A stretch of DNA of 64,000 bases from Anaeromyxobacter sp. Its GTDB lineage: Bacteria > Myxococcota > Myxococcia > Myxococcales > Anaeromyxobacteraceae. Position 1 is the stretch's first letter. The number at the start of each line of letters is the position of its first letter. The stretch covers positions 34,079 through 98,078 of the forward strand of contig JASGJN010000006.1 in the NCBI GenBank assembly GCA_049840735.1. The letters run 5' to 3'. The notes under the pieces are model-generated. The model saw only the letters and a program-made list of their open reading frames with translations, had not been told where the DNA came from and ran no database searches. This document shows positions 41,384 to 51,019 of this stretch, piece after piece. The position numbers were made by a program, and so were the translations under genes.

Positions 41384-41407
41384 GTGACTCATGCGGCCCT
41401 CACCCGA

Positions 41408-42466
41408 TCAGTGGTGGCAGGCCTTGCACACCGCGTTCTTCGAGATGTCGCCGGCGTCGTTCTTGTTGAGGAACGCCCGCGGGTGCGGGTTGACGCCGGC
41501 GATGCCGCCGACCTGGTGGCAGGTCACGCAGACGGACGAGGTGCCGTTGTCGTGGCAGCCGGCGCAGGCGGTGATGTTGCGGCGGGCCGCGTCACCGTGG
41601 AAGTGACCGCTCGACTTGTCGTTGCCCCAGCCCTGCGGGTGCGGGTCGCGGACGTTGATGGAGAGCGACGTCACGCCCTGCTGCGTGTGGCAGGACTCGC
41701 AGAACGCGCTGCCGTGGCAGGCGCGGCAGGAGGCCGGCTTGGCCTGGGCGTCGATGACGTGCCGGGAGACGTAGTCGCCGCGGTGGATCATCGGCTTCTG
41801 GACCTGCTCGGGGAAGATCACCGCCGGCCGGGCCGGGGTGACCTGCGCCGCGTGGCACTCCGCGCAGGAGGTCTGGTCGTGGCACTGCGCGCAGCTCTCG
41901 GCCGACGGCTTGGCCAGCGGGCCGTGGATGCGCAGCCAGTCGCCCTGGTGGTTGAACGCGCCCACCGCCACGTAGCCCTTGAGGTCGGTGTGGCAGGGCG
42001 AGCAGCGCGCCTCGGCGAAGTCCTTCTGGTGGTTGTGGCAGCTGGTGCAGGTCGCCATGGACGGGACCTTGGCCGCGGCGTCGCCCGGCTCGGGCTGCGA
42101 GGCGTGGCAGGTCTTGCAGTCCTTCACCTGGGCGACGTGGGCCGAGTGATTGAACGTGAAGCGGAAGGCCGCGGAGCGCGCCGGCGGCGCCTTGACCGTG
42201 GCCGGCGCGGTCGAGTCGTCATGGCAGCCGCTGCAGGTGTCGTCCTTGCCCGGCTCGGTGGTGATGAGCACGTGGCGGACGTTGGACTGCAGCTTGGTCG
42301 CCTTCGCGATCGCGCCGTGGCAGTCGGTGCACTCCAGGTCGGTGTGCATCGAGTGCGGGAAGGCGTAGGCCGGGTCCTGCTTCGGCTCCTCGGCCTTCTT
42401 GAGCTTGCCGGAGCAGCCGACCGCGAGGAGCGCGGCGCCCAGCGCCAGGAGGCGGGCGTTCATCAC
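41408..42466 (-). CDS. Dodecaheme c-type cytochrome lipoprotein
   Basis: Lipobox LAVGC; 12 CxxCH motifs counted (CTDCH, CSGCH, CKTCH, CTSCH, CSPCH, CAQCH, CAECH, CRACH, CESCH, CAGCH, CVTCH, CKACH). Confidence 0.95.
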   Translation of the reverse strand: MMNARLLALGAALLAVGCSGKLKKAEEPKQDPAYAFPHSMHTDLECTDCHGAIAKATKLQSNVRHVLITTEPGKDDTCSGCHDDSTAPATVKAPPARSAAFRFTFNHSAHVAQVKDCKTCHASQPEPGDAAAKVPSMATCTSCHNHQKDFAEARCSPCHTDLKGYVAVGAFNHQGDWLRIHGPLAKPSAESCAQCHDQTSCAECHAAQVTPARPAVIFPEQVQKPMIHRGDYVSRHVIDAQAKPASCRACHGSAFCESCHTQQGVTSLSINVRDPHPQGWGNDKSSGHFHGDAARRNITACAGCHDNGTSSVCVTCHQVGGIAGVNPHPRAFLNKNDAGDISKNAVCKACHH

Positions 42467-43798
42467 CGCACCTCCTTCGTCGTGTAGGTCTGGTTGTACG
42501 CGAGCTTCGCCATGACGTCGTACGTCTGCTCCAGGTACGGGGTGACGCCTGCGCGCCCGGCCACGACGGCCGAGAGGGCGGGCGTGATGTGGACGCCGGC
42601 GGAGAGCGTGCCGGTGAGGGCCAGGTCCTCGCCGTTCACCTGCTCACGGAACATGTGGGCGAGCACGTCGGCGGTCGCGAAGTACTTGCCGAAGTCCTTC
42701 TTCGCGTAGGCGCGGCCGCCGGTGTAGCCGTTCTCGGCGGTGTCGAGGAAGAACACCTCCAGGCCCGCGGCCATGCCGGGCTTCTCCCAGTCCAGGTTGG
42801 CGGCGGCCTCGTGGCCGGTGTTGCTGGAGCCGTCCACCACCTCGGCCGGCTCGACGCGCAGGTGGTAGTCGGCGCCGACCTGCAGGCCGGGCTTGAGGTC
42901 GTAGCGCGCCCCGGCGCCGAACTCGTTCCACTCCGCCGCGGAGAAGACGGAGAGGATGGAGTTGCGGGAGAGGAGCAGGTCCGGCGCGGTGAAGCGCCAG
43001 TCGCCGGTGAGGTGCAGCTTGCGGGTGGCGGACCACGTGCCGGTCACGTTGGCCTCGGCCAGCCGCTCGGCCGGGAGGCTGTACGCGGCCAGGCCGGCCA
43101 CGGTCAGGTTGCCCTTGAACGGCTGCAGGCGGAAGTCGCCGGCGACCTCCTCGCGCGCCACGTCGCCCGAGTCGTCGACCCGGGCGTAGGAGGCGCCGAC
43201 GTCCAGGCCGCGGCCGGGGGTGCCCGGGACCACCAGCGTCCAGGAGGCGCGCCCGCCGTAGGCCATGTCGCCGCCGGCCGGGTTCCAGCTCTGGAGCCCG
43301 CTGCGCGACTGGAAGCGCTGGGAGACCGGCGCGCCGACGTAGCCGGAGAGCCGGAGGCCGAGGGGCAGGAAGGCCACCGCCTCGCCGCCGTCGACCTGGA
43401 TTATCCGGGCCGCGCCGGTGCCCACGAACGTCCGGCCGAGCCGGAGCGTCAGGTGGCGCCGGGCGAACTTGGCCTGGATGTAGCCGCTGGTCACGTCGCC
43501 GGTCAGATCGCCGGTCGTGCCGTTGTCCCAGCGCAGGTCGCCCATGTCGTAGGACGCCCAGCTGGAGACCACCAGCTGGAGATCGTCCGCGACCGGGTTG
43601 GTGATGTCGCGGGCCGCGATTCGAGAGGACCTCGAACGCAGGCGCGACGGTCACGAGATTAGGGGTGCTGCCGCCGGTGTACCTGGTCTGCTGGCCGGCG
43701 GAGACGAAGGTGGTGGAGGACACCTCGACCGTGTCGGCCCTCGCCACCGTCCCGGAGAGCAACACGAGGGCGGCTGCGAGCAAGGGTGTATGGCGCAT
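42463..43798 (-). CDS. Putative outer-membrane beta-barrel (porin) partner of the cytochrome (frameshift at ~43620)
   Basis: Sec signal MRHTPLLAAALVLLSGTVARA; alternating amphipathic strands rich in G/Y/W; ATGA overlap with the cytochrome start. Confidence 0.75.
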
Positions 43799-43896
43799 CA
43801 GGAGCTCACCTCGACGGGTTCGGGAAGCGCCGGGGACCGCGATGGCCGCAGACACCGACGTTTCGCCGCAGACACTGGCACAGGCGCGCAGGCGCA

Positions 43897-43910
43897 ATCT
43901 TGCTCAAGAT
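43897..43910. promoter_or_regulatory. Perfect palindrome ATCTTG-CT-CAAGAT in the divergent porin/TlpA promoter region
   Basis: AT-rich dyad in a GC-rich genome, ~100 nt upstream of the porin ATG; also present in the mirror copy. Confidence 0.45.
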
Positions 43911-44091
43911 CAGGTTTCGAGCGGAAGGGGCCCGTGAAAGAAAGCGGTTGTTCCAGAATCGCGCGGTGGGCAAACACCCCACATGCGCGCACTTCTTGTG
44001 CCCGGCGGGGTGCGACCTTCGTGATCTCGGCCCTGTTGGGCGCGTCGAGGCGTGCGAGGCAGGTCGCACCCACCTTGGCTACAATCCCGCG

Positions 44092-44595
44092 ATGATCCGC
44101 CGCATTCTGTGGACCACCCTGGCCATCGCCGCCGGCTGCGCCACGCCCCAGCACAGGACCCGCCCGACGCCCGCGCTCGAAGGGGTGGCGATCACCGGCG
44201 TCGCCCAGGATCCGGCCGGGCACGAGGTGCAGCTCGGCGGCCCGGGCGCGGTCAGGGTGATCGACTTCTTCGCCAGCTGGTGCGAGCCCTGCCAGAAGCA
44301 GCTCCCCGCGCTGGACCGGCTCGCGAAGGCCTACGCGGGCCAGGTGGAGTTCCGCGCCGTCTCCTTCGACGTGACGCGCCCCGCGCTCGACGCCTTCCTC
44401 CAGGACCACGGCGTCGGCTTCCCGGTGCTCTGGGCGCCCGGGGGCGAGGGGCTGGCCACGCCGCTGGGCGTGGCGCGGCTGCCCACCACCGTGGTGGTGG
44501 ACCGCGCGGGCGTGGTGCGCTGGGTGCACGAGGGCTACCAGCACAGCGACGCGGAGCGGCTGAAGACGCAGCTGGACGAGCTGCTCGCGGAGTGA
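44092..44595 (+). CDS. TlpA/ResA-like thioredoxin lipoprotein
   Basis: Lipobox IAAGC; DFFASWCEPC; LPTTVVVDRAG. Confidence 0.9.
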   Translation: MIRRILWTTLAIAAGCATPQHRTRPTPALEGVAITGVAQDPAGHEVQLGGPGAVRVIDFFASWCEPCQKQLPALDRLAKAYAGQVEFRAVSFDVTRPALDAFLQDHGVGFPVLWAPGGEGLATPLGVARLPTTVVVDRAGVVRWVHEGYQHSDAERLKTQLDELLAE

Positions 44596-44647
44596 AGCCG
44601 CCCGGCCCGCGCGCGGGCCGGCGGGGCCGCCGGAGCGGAGGCGCGGG

Positions 44648-46435
44648 TCACGGCTCGCGCGACGCCGCGGGCGCGGCCGCCGGCGGCGTCCCCTGCGGCG
44701 CGGGGACGAGCTCGAAGCGGGTGGCCTCGCGGACGCGCTCCACCTCGGCCCGGTCCAGCGGCGAGTCGCGCAGCCAGTAGGCCATCTCGTCCGCCTCCCA
44801 GGTGTACGGCGCCGCGCCCAGCCGCACCCGGCCGTCGGCCACCGCCCGCGTCGCCTCCAGCAGCGGCACGCCCCGCAGGTCGCGCACCAGCGCCTCGAAG
44901 CGCCCCTGGCGCGCGGGGTCCACGAACGCGAACTCGTGCCGGGCGGCGTAGGCGGTGTGGTAGTGCGCCGGGCGGAAGGCCACGCCCGCCAGCCCGAGCC
45001 GCACCGCCATCCGCGCCAGCATCGAGCCGGCCTCGCGCGCCAGCCCCAGCCCCGGCACGTCCTGCCCCGGCAGCCGCGGGCGGCGCTCGCTGAACTGCGT
45101 GCGCGGGTTCCGCAGCGAGAGCCAGTGGATGTAGAGGAAGTCCGCGCCCACCAGCCGCCGCTTCTCCAGGATCAGCTCGATGAGCAGGTGCTCGCGCCCC
45201 TCGGCCTCGCCGTAGAGCCGCACCCGCTCGCCCATCCCGGCGGTGTCGAAGCTGGCGCGGAACTGCCGGTAGCCCATCCGCTCCAGCTGCTCGAAGATGC
45301 CGTAGCGGTAGAGCGCGTGCTCCATGCCGCTGGCGGTGTAGAAGCCGAGCAGGAGCCGCTGGCGCGAGGGGCGGATGCCCAGCGCCTCCTCCAGGTCCTC
45401 CGCGGTCAGCTCGCCGGAGTCGCCCAGGTCGGAGGGGGAGAGCTCGCGCGACAGGACCGCGTAGCGGGCCGAGAGCGGGTCGTAGTCGGGTGGGATCTCC
45501 GCCAGCGAGCCGGCGGCCACCGCCATGCCGGTGCCGGCCAGCACGCGCCAGGCGCGGCGCGAGTAGCCGCCGCCGGGCAGCCAGACCGAGGGGACGCCCT
45601 CGAGCTCGGCCGCCACCATCAGGTCGCGCTCGCGCACGCCGCCCAGCGTCAGCCCCAGCTTGCCGAAGCGGTCGCCGGCCAGCACGTCGCCGCCGGCGAT
45701 GACGAAGGCCAGGTGCGGCCTGGGCATGCGCGAGAGGAGGGCGGCCAGCGCGTCCAGGTACACGTCGTCCGGCGCCCCCTCCGGCAGCACCGTCTCGTCC
45801 ACGCCGGAGAGCGCGCCCCAGTCCGAGCCGGAGAGCGAGCCGATCCAGCGGCGCGGGTCCTGCTCCAGGCAGCTGGCGATCCCGTCCGGCGGGTGGGCGT
45901 CCAGGTCCAGCACCGCCACGCGCCCGCCGAACCCCTCCGCGCGCAGCGTGGCCACCGCCACCGCCACGTCGTTGACCGGGCAGAAGCCGCCCGCCGTGCC
46001 CGGGCCGGCGTGGTGGAACCCGCCCAGCAGGTTGATGGCCGGGCCGCGGGTGCGGAGCGCCTCGCGGGCCGCGGCCAGCGTGCCCCCGCAGGCCAGGCGC
46101 ACCGTGGTCATCACCTCGTCCACCGGCACGTCGGAGGGATCGACGGCGAAGACGTGGGCCAGCGTCTCCGGCCGCCCCAGCGACTCCAGCAGCTCGGGCG
46201 TGTGGACGCGGTTCAGGTCCTGGTAGGAGATGCGGCGAGGCGCCTTGATGGCGCGGGCCGTGACGGCGCCGGACTCGCGCAGCCACCAGGCGGCGTAGTC
46301 GGCGCGGCGCGGCTCCATGCCGGCGGCCGCCTCCAGCCCGGAGAGCGGGAGGCGGTAGCGCGGGTCGAACCAGACGGTGACGTCCCGCCGGTGCAGCCAG
46401 CTGGTCAGCCGGTAGAGGAGCGCGCGCGGGCGCAT
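44648..46435 (-). CDS. Zn-dependent histone-deacetylase-family protein with a ~250-aa C-terminal extra domain
   Basis: RVHT, GGFHHA, GFCPVND, DLDAHPPDG, GGDVLAGDRFG, GGGY. Confidence 0.88.
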   Translation of the reverse strand: MRPRALLYRLTSWLHRRDVTVWFDPRYRLPLSGLEAAAGMEPRRADYAAWWLRESGAVTARAIKAPRRISYQDLNRVHTPELLESLGRPETLAHVFAVDPSDVPVDEVMTTVRLACGGTLAAAREALRTRGPAINLLGGFHHAGPGTAGGFCPVNDVAVAVATLRAEGFGGRVAVLDLDAHPPDGIASCLEQDPRRWIGSLSGSDWGALSGVDETVLPEGAPDDVYLDALAALLSRMPRPHLAFVIAGGDVLAGDRFGKLGLTLGGVRERDLMVAAELEGVPSVWLPGGGYSRRAWRVLAGTGMAVAAGSLAEIPPDYDPLSARYAVLSRELSPSDLGDSGELTAEDLEEALGIRPSRQRLLLGFYTASGMEHALYRYGIFEQLERMGYRQFRASFDTAGMGERVRLYGEAEGREHLLIELILEKRRLVGADFLYIHWLSLRNPRTQFSERRPRLPGQDVPGLGLAREAGSMLARMAVRLGLAGVAFRPAHYHTAYAARHEFAFVDPARQGRFEALVRDLRGVPLLEATRAVADGRVRLGAAPYTWEADEMAYWLRDSPLDRAEVERVREATRFELVPAPQGTPPAAAPAASREP

Positions 46436-46444
46436 GGGCCGCGC

Positions 46445-46726
46445 CTAGGTCGCGGGCGTGGCGGGGGGCGTGGCCGGCGGCGTGGCGGCGGCAAGCCTCC
46501 TGCGGCGCTCGCGCCGCAGGTGCCACCACCCGACCACGGTTTCGATCACGATCCAGGCGATCGCGAGCCAGGCCGCGATGATCAGGTCGAGGAGGGAGGC
46601 CCGGCACCGGCTGTAGTCCTCGGCCTGCGAGAGCGAGAACGTGGTGTACAGGGGCATCGCCACGATCGTGTAGATGACGATGAACGCCAGGAAGAGCGTG
46701 CGCAGGACCAGCATGACCTTGACCAT
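46445..46726 (-). CDS. Small two-TM membrane protein
   Basis: 93 aa, two hydrophobic segments, basic C-terminal tail; frame open in both arms. Confidence 0.7.
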   Translation of the reverse strand: MVKVMLVLRTLFLAFIVIYTIVAMPLYTTFSLSQAEDYSRCRASLLDLIIAAWLAIAWIVIETVVGWWHLRRERRRRLAAATPPATPPATPAT

Positions 46727-46837
46727 GGCCCCAGTGTAGACGCCTGCATGGCCGTTGGTGAACCTCCGTGATGCGACCCGGGCGCGGCCCCCGTCTCCGC
46801 GGTATGTTCCCGCCCTCTCCTTGAAGGGGGCAGCACG

Positions 46838-47628
46838 ATGCCGGCAGGGCAGGAGCTGATGGAGGCGTGCGTCGAGGCGGCGCGGCGGGGCGGCCAGGTC
46901 CTGGCCGAGCGCTGGGGGCGGCCGCGGACCATCGACCGGAAGTCCACCTCCATCAATCTGGTCACCGACGCGGACCGCGCCAGCGAGGAGGCCATCCTGG
47001 GCTTCCTGGACCGCGCCTTCCCGGACGCTTCCGTGGTGGCGGAGGACCGGCGGCCGCTCCGGGCGCGGGCCGCTCCGCTTCCACGTGCGACCCGCTGGAC
47101 GGCACCGTCAACTACGCCCACGGCATGCCCATCTGGTGCGTCACGATCGGCGTGGAGGACGCGTCCGGGCTGGTGGCCGGCGCCGTCCTCGACCCGCTCC
47201 GCGGCGAGCTCTACCGGACCTGGCGCGGCGGCGGCGCCTGGCTGGGGGACCGCCGCCTCCAGGTCTCGGCCTGCACGCAGCTGGGCGAGGCCCTGCTCGT
47301 GACCGGCTTCCCCTACGACGTGCACACCCAGGCCGGCCCCATCCTGGACCTCTTCGGCGCCTTCACCGTCCGTGCGCAGGGGATCCGGCGCCTGGGCAGC
47401 GCGGCGCTGGACCTGGCCTACGTGGCCTCCGGACGCCTGGACGGGTTCTGGGAGGGGTCGCTCAAGTCCTGGGACATGGCGGCGGGCGTGCTGCTGGTGC
47501 AGGAGGCGGGCGGGATCGCCACCGCGCTCACCGGGGGCGGGCCGGCGCTGGCGGGCGGCTCGGCGCTGGCGGCTCCGCCGGCGCTCCACGCCGCCATGCG
47601 CGCGGTGGTGGACGGCGCGGCGCGCTGA
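46838..47628 (+). CDS. suhB: Inositol monophosphatase family (frameshifted here, intact in the mirror copy)
   Basis: LVTDADRASE, DPLDGTVNY, TGFPY, RRLGSAALDLAYVA, WDMAAG. Confidence 0.88.
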
Positions 47629-47632
47629 CGGC

Positions 47633-48605
47633 TCAGGGCTGCCGCGGCGCCGACTCCGGCGCGGCGGACGGTGCCTCCGCCGCGGCGGGCGCGGGCCCCT
47701 CGGGCGCGGCGGGCGTGCGGTCGGGGGCCGTGCCCGGGGCCCAGCGGAGCTGCAGCAGCGACTCCGGGTCCACGTACAGCCCGCCCACCTTGGCGCCCCA
47801 GTGCAGGTGCGGGCCGGTGGAGCGGCCGGTCGAGCCGAGCTCGCCCAGCAGCTGCCCGCGCTTCACGCGGTCGCCGGTCTTCACCGCCATCCGGTCCATG
47901 TGCAGGTAAGTGGTGTACATGCCGCCGCCGTGGAAGAGGATCACGGTGTTGCCGGACAGGTAGGCGTCGCGGGCGATGGCCACCACGCCGTCGTTGGCGG
48001 CGGCGATGGGCGAGCCGCGCGGGCCGGTCAGGTCCAGGCCGTAGTGCACCGAGGCCTTCTTGCCGTTGAGCACCCGCGTGTCGCCGAAGCGGCCGCTGGT
48101 GGGGGCCTGTCGCGGCCAGTCGAAGTCTCCCTCGAAGAGCGGCGGGCAGAAGGGCTGGTCGTAGGCCGCCTTGAAGGCGGCCAGGTCGGCCTCCATCCGC
48201 TTCTTCACCTTGGCCGGCGGCTCCACGAACTGCTTGGGCAGGGTGAGGTTCTGGGTGGTGACGCGGAAGCCGGAGGGCACCACCTGCAGCTCGCCCGTCA
48301 CCGTCAGGCCGGCGGCCGCCGCGGACGCCGGCACCGGCCCCGGGCAGCTCGGCGGGCACTGCCACCACGGCGCGCCAGCCGTCGGGCGCGGCCCAGAAGG
48401 TGAGCGGCCGGCCGGCCACCGCGCCGGTGGGGCGCTCGCCGGCGCCGCGGACCCGCACCAGCACCGCGTCGCCCGGGCGGGCGGCGGCGGGGACGAGGTC
48501 GAGCGCGAGCGCGGCGTCCGGCGAGGGGGCGTCCGGCGAGGGGGCGTCCGGAGCGGGGGCGGCCACGGCCAGGGCGGCGAGGAGGGCGGCGAAGGTGGCG
48601 GGCAT
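47633..48605 (-). CDS. M23 family metallopeptidase (frameshift at ~48340, intact in the mirror copy)
   Basis: HYGLD, YLHM, GRSTGPHLHW; signal peptide. Confidence 0.9.
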
Positions 48606-48642
48606 CTGGAGCGGGTGCGACGGTGGGAGGGATCCGGCGAGG

Positions 48643-49356
48643 TCAGCCGCCCAGCCCGAGCTCCGCCTCGAGCGACTTCACGATGCGGAAATACTCGTTG
48701 CGGGTGTACTTCACGTTGAGGATGTGGAAGTCGGCCTTGGCCAGCCCCACGCAGCCGAAGCAGTAGGTGCACTCGGAGCAGGAGGTGCACAGCACCAGGT
48801 AGTTGGAGCGGGTGCAGTTCTGGCTCTGCACGCAGTAGGCGCAGTCGTGGCAGCCGGTGCAGGAGGTGCAGTGGGTGAGGTGCGAGGAGGTGACGCAGGC
48901 CGTGCAGTGGGTGCAGCGGTAGCAGTCGTCGCAGTCGCGGCAGAACATGCACGAGACGCAGCGCCGGCACCCCTCGCTGGAGATGGAGGCCGGGTTCTCC
49001 TCGTTCCGCTCGAACGCCCGGGTGAGCCGCTCCAGCTCGGCCTCGAAGTCGCGGCGCGAGAGGGTGGGGGGCTCGGGGCGGCGCAGGTCCTGGAACACGC
49101 CCGTGGACGTGTCGATGAACATCGGCCCGGTCACCACCCGCACCGAGGGGTCGCGCGGCGCGACCCCTCCGCGGCCGGCCGGCGACACGCGCGGCTCGGG
49201 CGCGGACCGCGCCGGGGCGGGGGTGCGCGGCGGCGGCGGGCGGGGTGCGGGCGGAGGGGGGCGGGCGGCGGGAGCAGCCGGCCGGGAGGGCGGCGCGCCA
49301 CGGCGCTCGGACGAGCGGGGAGGCGGGGGAGAGGAGCGGCGGCGCGAGTCGGCCAT
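48643..49356 (-). CDS. Cysteine-repeat protein with a Pro/Arg-rich disordered N-terminus
   Basis: 20 Cys, mostly every third residue, ending CFGCVGL....ILN..Y...EY. Confidence 0.85.
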   Translation of the reverse strand: MADSRRRSSPPPPRSSERRGAPPSRPAAPAARPPPPAPRPPPPRTPAPARSAPEPRVSPAGRGGVAPRDPSVRVVTGPMFIDTSTGVFQDLRRPEPPTLSRRDFEAELERLTRAFERNEENPASISSEGCRRCVSCMFCRDCDDCYRCTHCTACVTSSHLTHCTSCTGCHDCAYCVQSQNCTRSNYLVLCTSCSECTYCFGCVGLAKADFHILNVKYTRNEYFRIVKSLEAELGLGG

Positions 49357-49408
49357 CCGCGGACATCCTGCCGTGAAAAGGGCGGGAAGGGAAATCGCCG
49401 CCCGCCCG

Positions 49409-50846
49409 TCAGCCGTGCGCCCGGACGAGCCGCCCGCCCTCCAGCCGGAGCGCGTGCCCGCCGCGGGGCAGCTCGTCCAGGTGATGGGAGACGGAGACCA
49501 CCGCCACGCCCTCGGCCGCCGCCCGCTCCAGCGCCCCCTGCGTGAAGGCGCGCGCGCCCGGATCGAGCCCGGCCAGGGGCTCGTCCAGCAGGAGCGCCTC
49601 CGGCGCGGGAGCCAGCGCGCGAGCCAGGAGCAGCTTGCGCAGCTCGCCGTAGGAGAGCGTGTGGATCCGCCGGTCCAGCAGCGGCTCGGTCCCCAGCCTG
49701 GCGGCGGTCTCGGCCGCGCCGCGCACGCTGCGCCTCGGTGGGCGGCACCGCCAGGCCGATGGTCCCTGCGAACCCGGAGAGGACCACCTCGCGGCCGGTG
49801 GCCTCGGTGGCGGCGGCGGGCCTGCAGCTCGGGCGAGATCAGCCCTACCCGGCCGCGCAGGTCGTCCGCCGAGGCGCGGGTCCCCAGGCCCAGCCGATCG
49901 ATCCAGCCGCGCGCCGGCTGCTCCTCGCCGGCCAGGAGCCGGAGCAGCGTGGACTTGCCGGCGCCGTTGTGCCCCCTGCACCGCCCAGCGCTCGCCGGCG
50001 CGGATGGTCCAGTCGAGCCCGTCCAGCACCGCGCGCCCCTCCACCAGCACGGTGGTCCCGGCCAGCTGGAAGAGCGGCCGGGCGCCGGGATCGACCCGGG
50101 CCGGCGCGACCGCGTCCGCCGGCGCCGCCGGCAGCGCGCCCAGGATCTCCTCGCGCGGGCCGCTCGCCACCACCTGCCCGCGCTCCAGCCGGACCACCCG
50201 GCCGATCTCCGGGACGATCTCCTCCGGCCGGTGCGTCGCCATCACCACCGCCGTGCCGCCGCGCAGCGCCGCCGAGACCCGCGCCAGGAAGGCCGGGCGG
50301 GCGTCGGCGTCGAGCCCGTCGCAGGCCTCGTCGAGGAGCAGCGCGTCCGGCCGCGGCGCCAGGGCCCGGGCCAGCAGCACCCGCCGTCCCTCGCCGCGCG
50401 AGAGCTCCAGCACCGAGCGGCGGAGCAGGGAGGTCACGCCCATGGCCTCCGCCACCTCGCGCACCCGCGCCGCCTGGGCCGGCGTCGCGGCCTCCGCCGG
50501 GTAGAGCGCGTCGTGGAAGCCGGACGGATTACCGCCTCCACCTGCAGGTCCCAGTCGCGCCGCACGTAGGCGTCCTGCGCCTCGGGCGCACCACGCCAGC
50601 CGCTCGCGGACGCCGATGGGGCTCGGGTCGGCGCCATCCGGCCCGTGGAAGAGCCGGCGCCCCGGCCCGCGCGGCCAGGGCCAGAGGTCGCCGCGGAGCA
50701 GGCGGAGCAGGGTGGACTTGCCCGAGCCGTCCCCCCAGCACGGCGACGCCCTCGCCGGCCTGGAGCGCGAAGGACACGCCGGTGAGCACCGGGGCGCCGC
50801 CCAGGATCACGTCCACCTGGTCGAGCGTCACGAGCGGCCGGGGCAC
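49409..50846 (-). CDS. ModF-like double ABC ATPase (several indels here, intact in the mirror copy)
   Basis: Mirror of 56215-57654; LSRGEGRR, LLLDE, LSYGELRK. Confidence 0.8.
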
Positions 50847-51019
50847 GCCGCGATGGTAACCCGGAGCGTGCGCCCGGCGGTGGGCTCGCTGGGCGCGGCG
50901 CCGTGCCACCCGGGGCACGGCCGCCGAGCGCCGGAGCCGCGCCCCCCAACGGGACGCTGCGCGTCGCGGTCACGTCCGCGACATTCGCGTCTCCGCTCAG
51001 GACCGGAGACCGACCAAAA

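Noticed and set aside
43876..43904. Sigma-54 promoter (TGGCAC...GC, GGCGC...TTGC)
   Set aside because: The GG-to-GC spacing is 9 nt rather than the required 10 in both candidates
48846..48862. CTGCH as a heme-binding motif in the Cys-rich protein
   Set aside because: It is incidental within a period-3 Cys run, and there is no export signal for cytochrome c maturation
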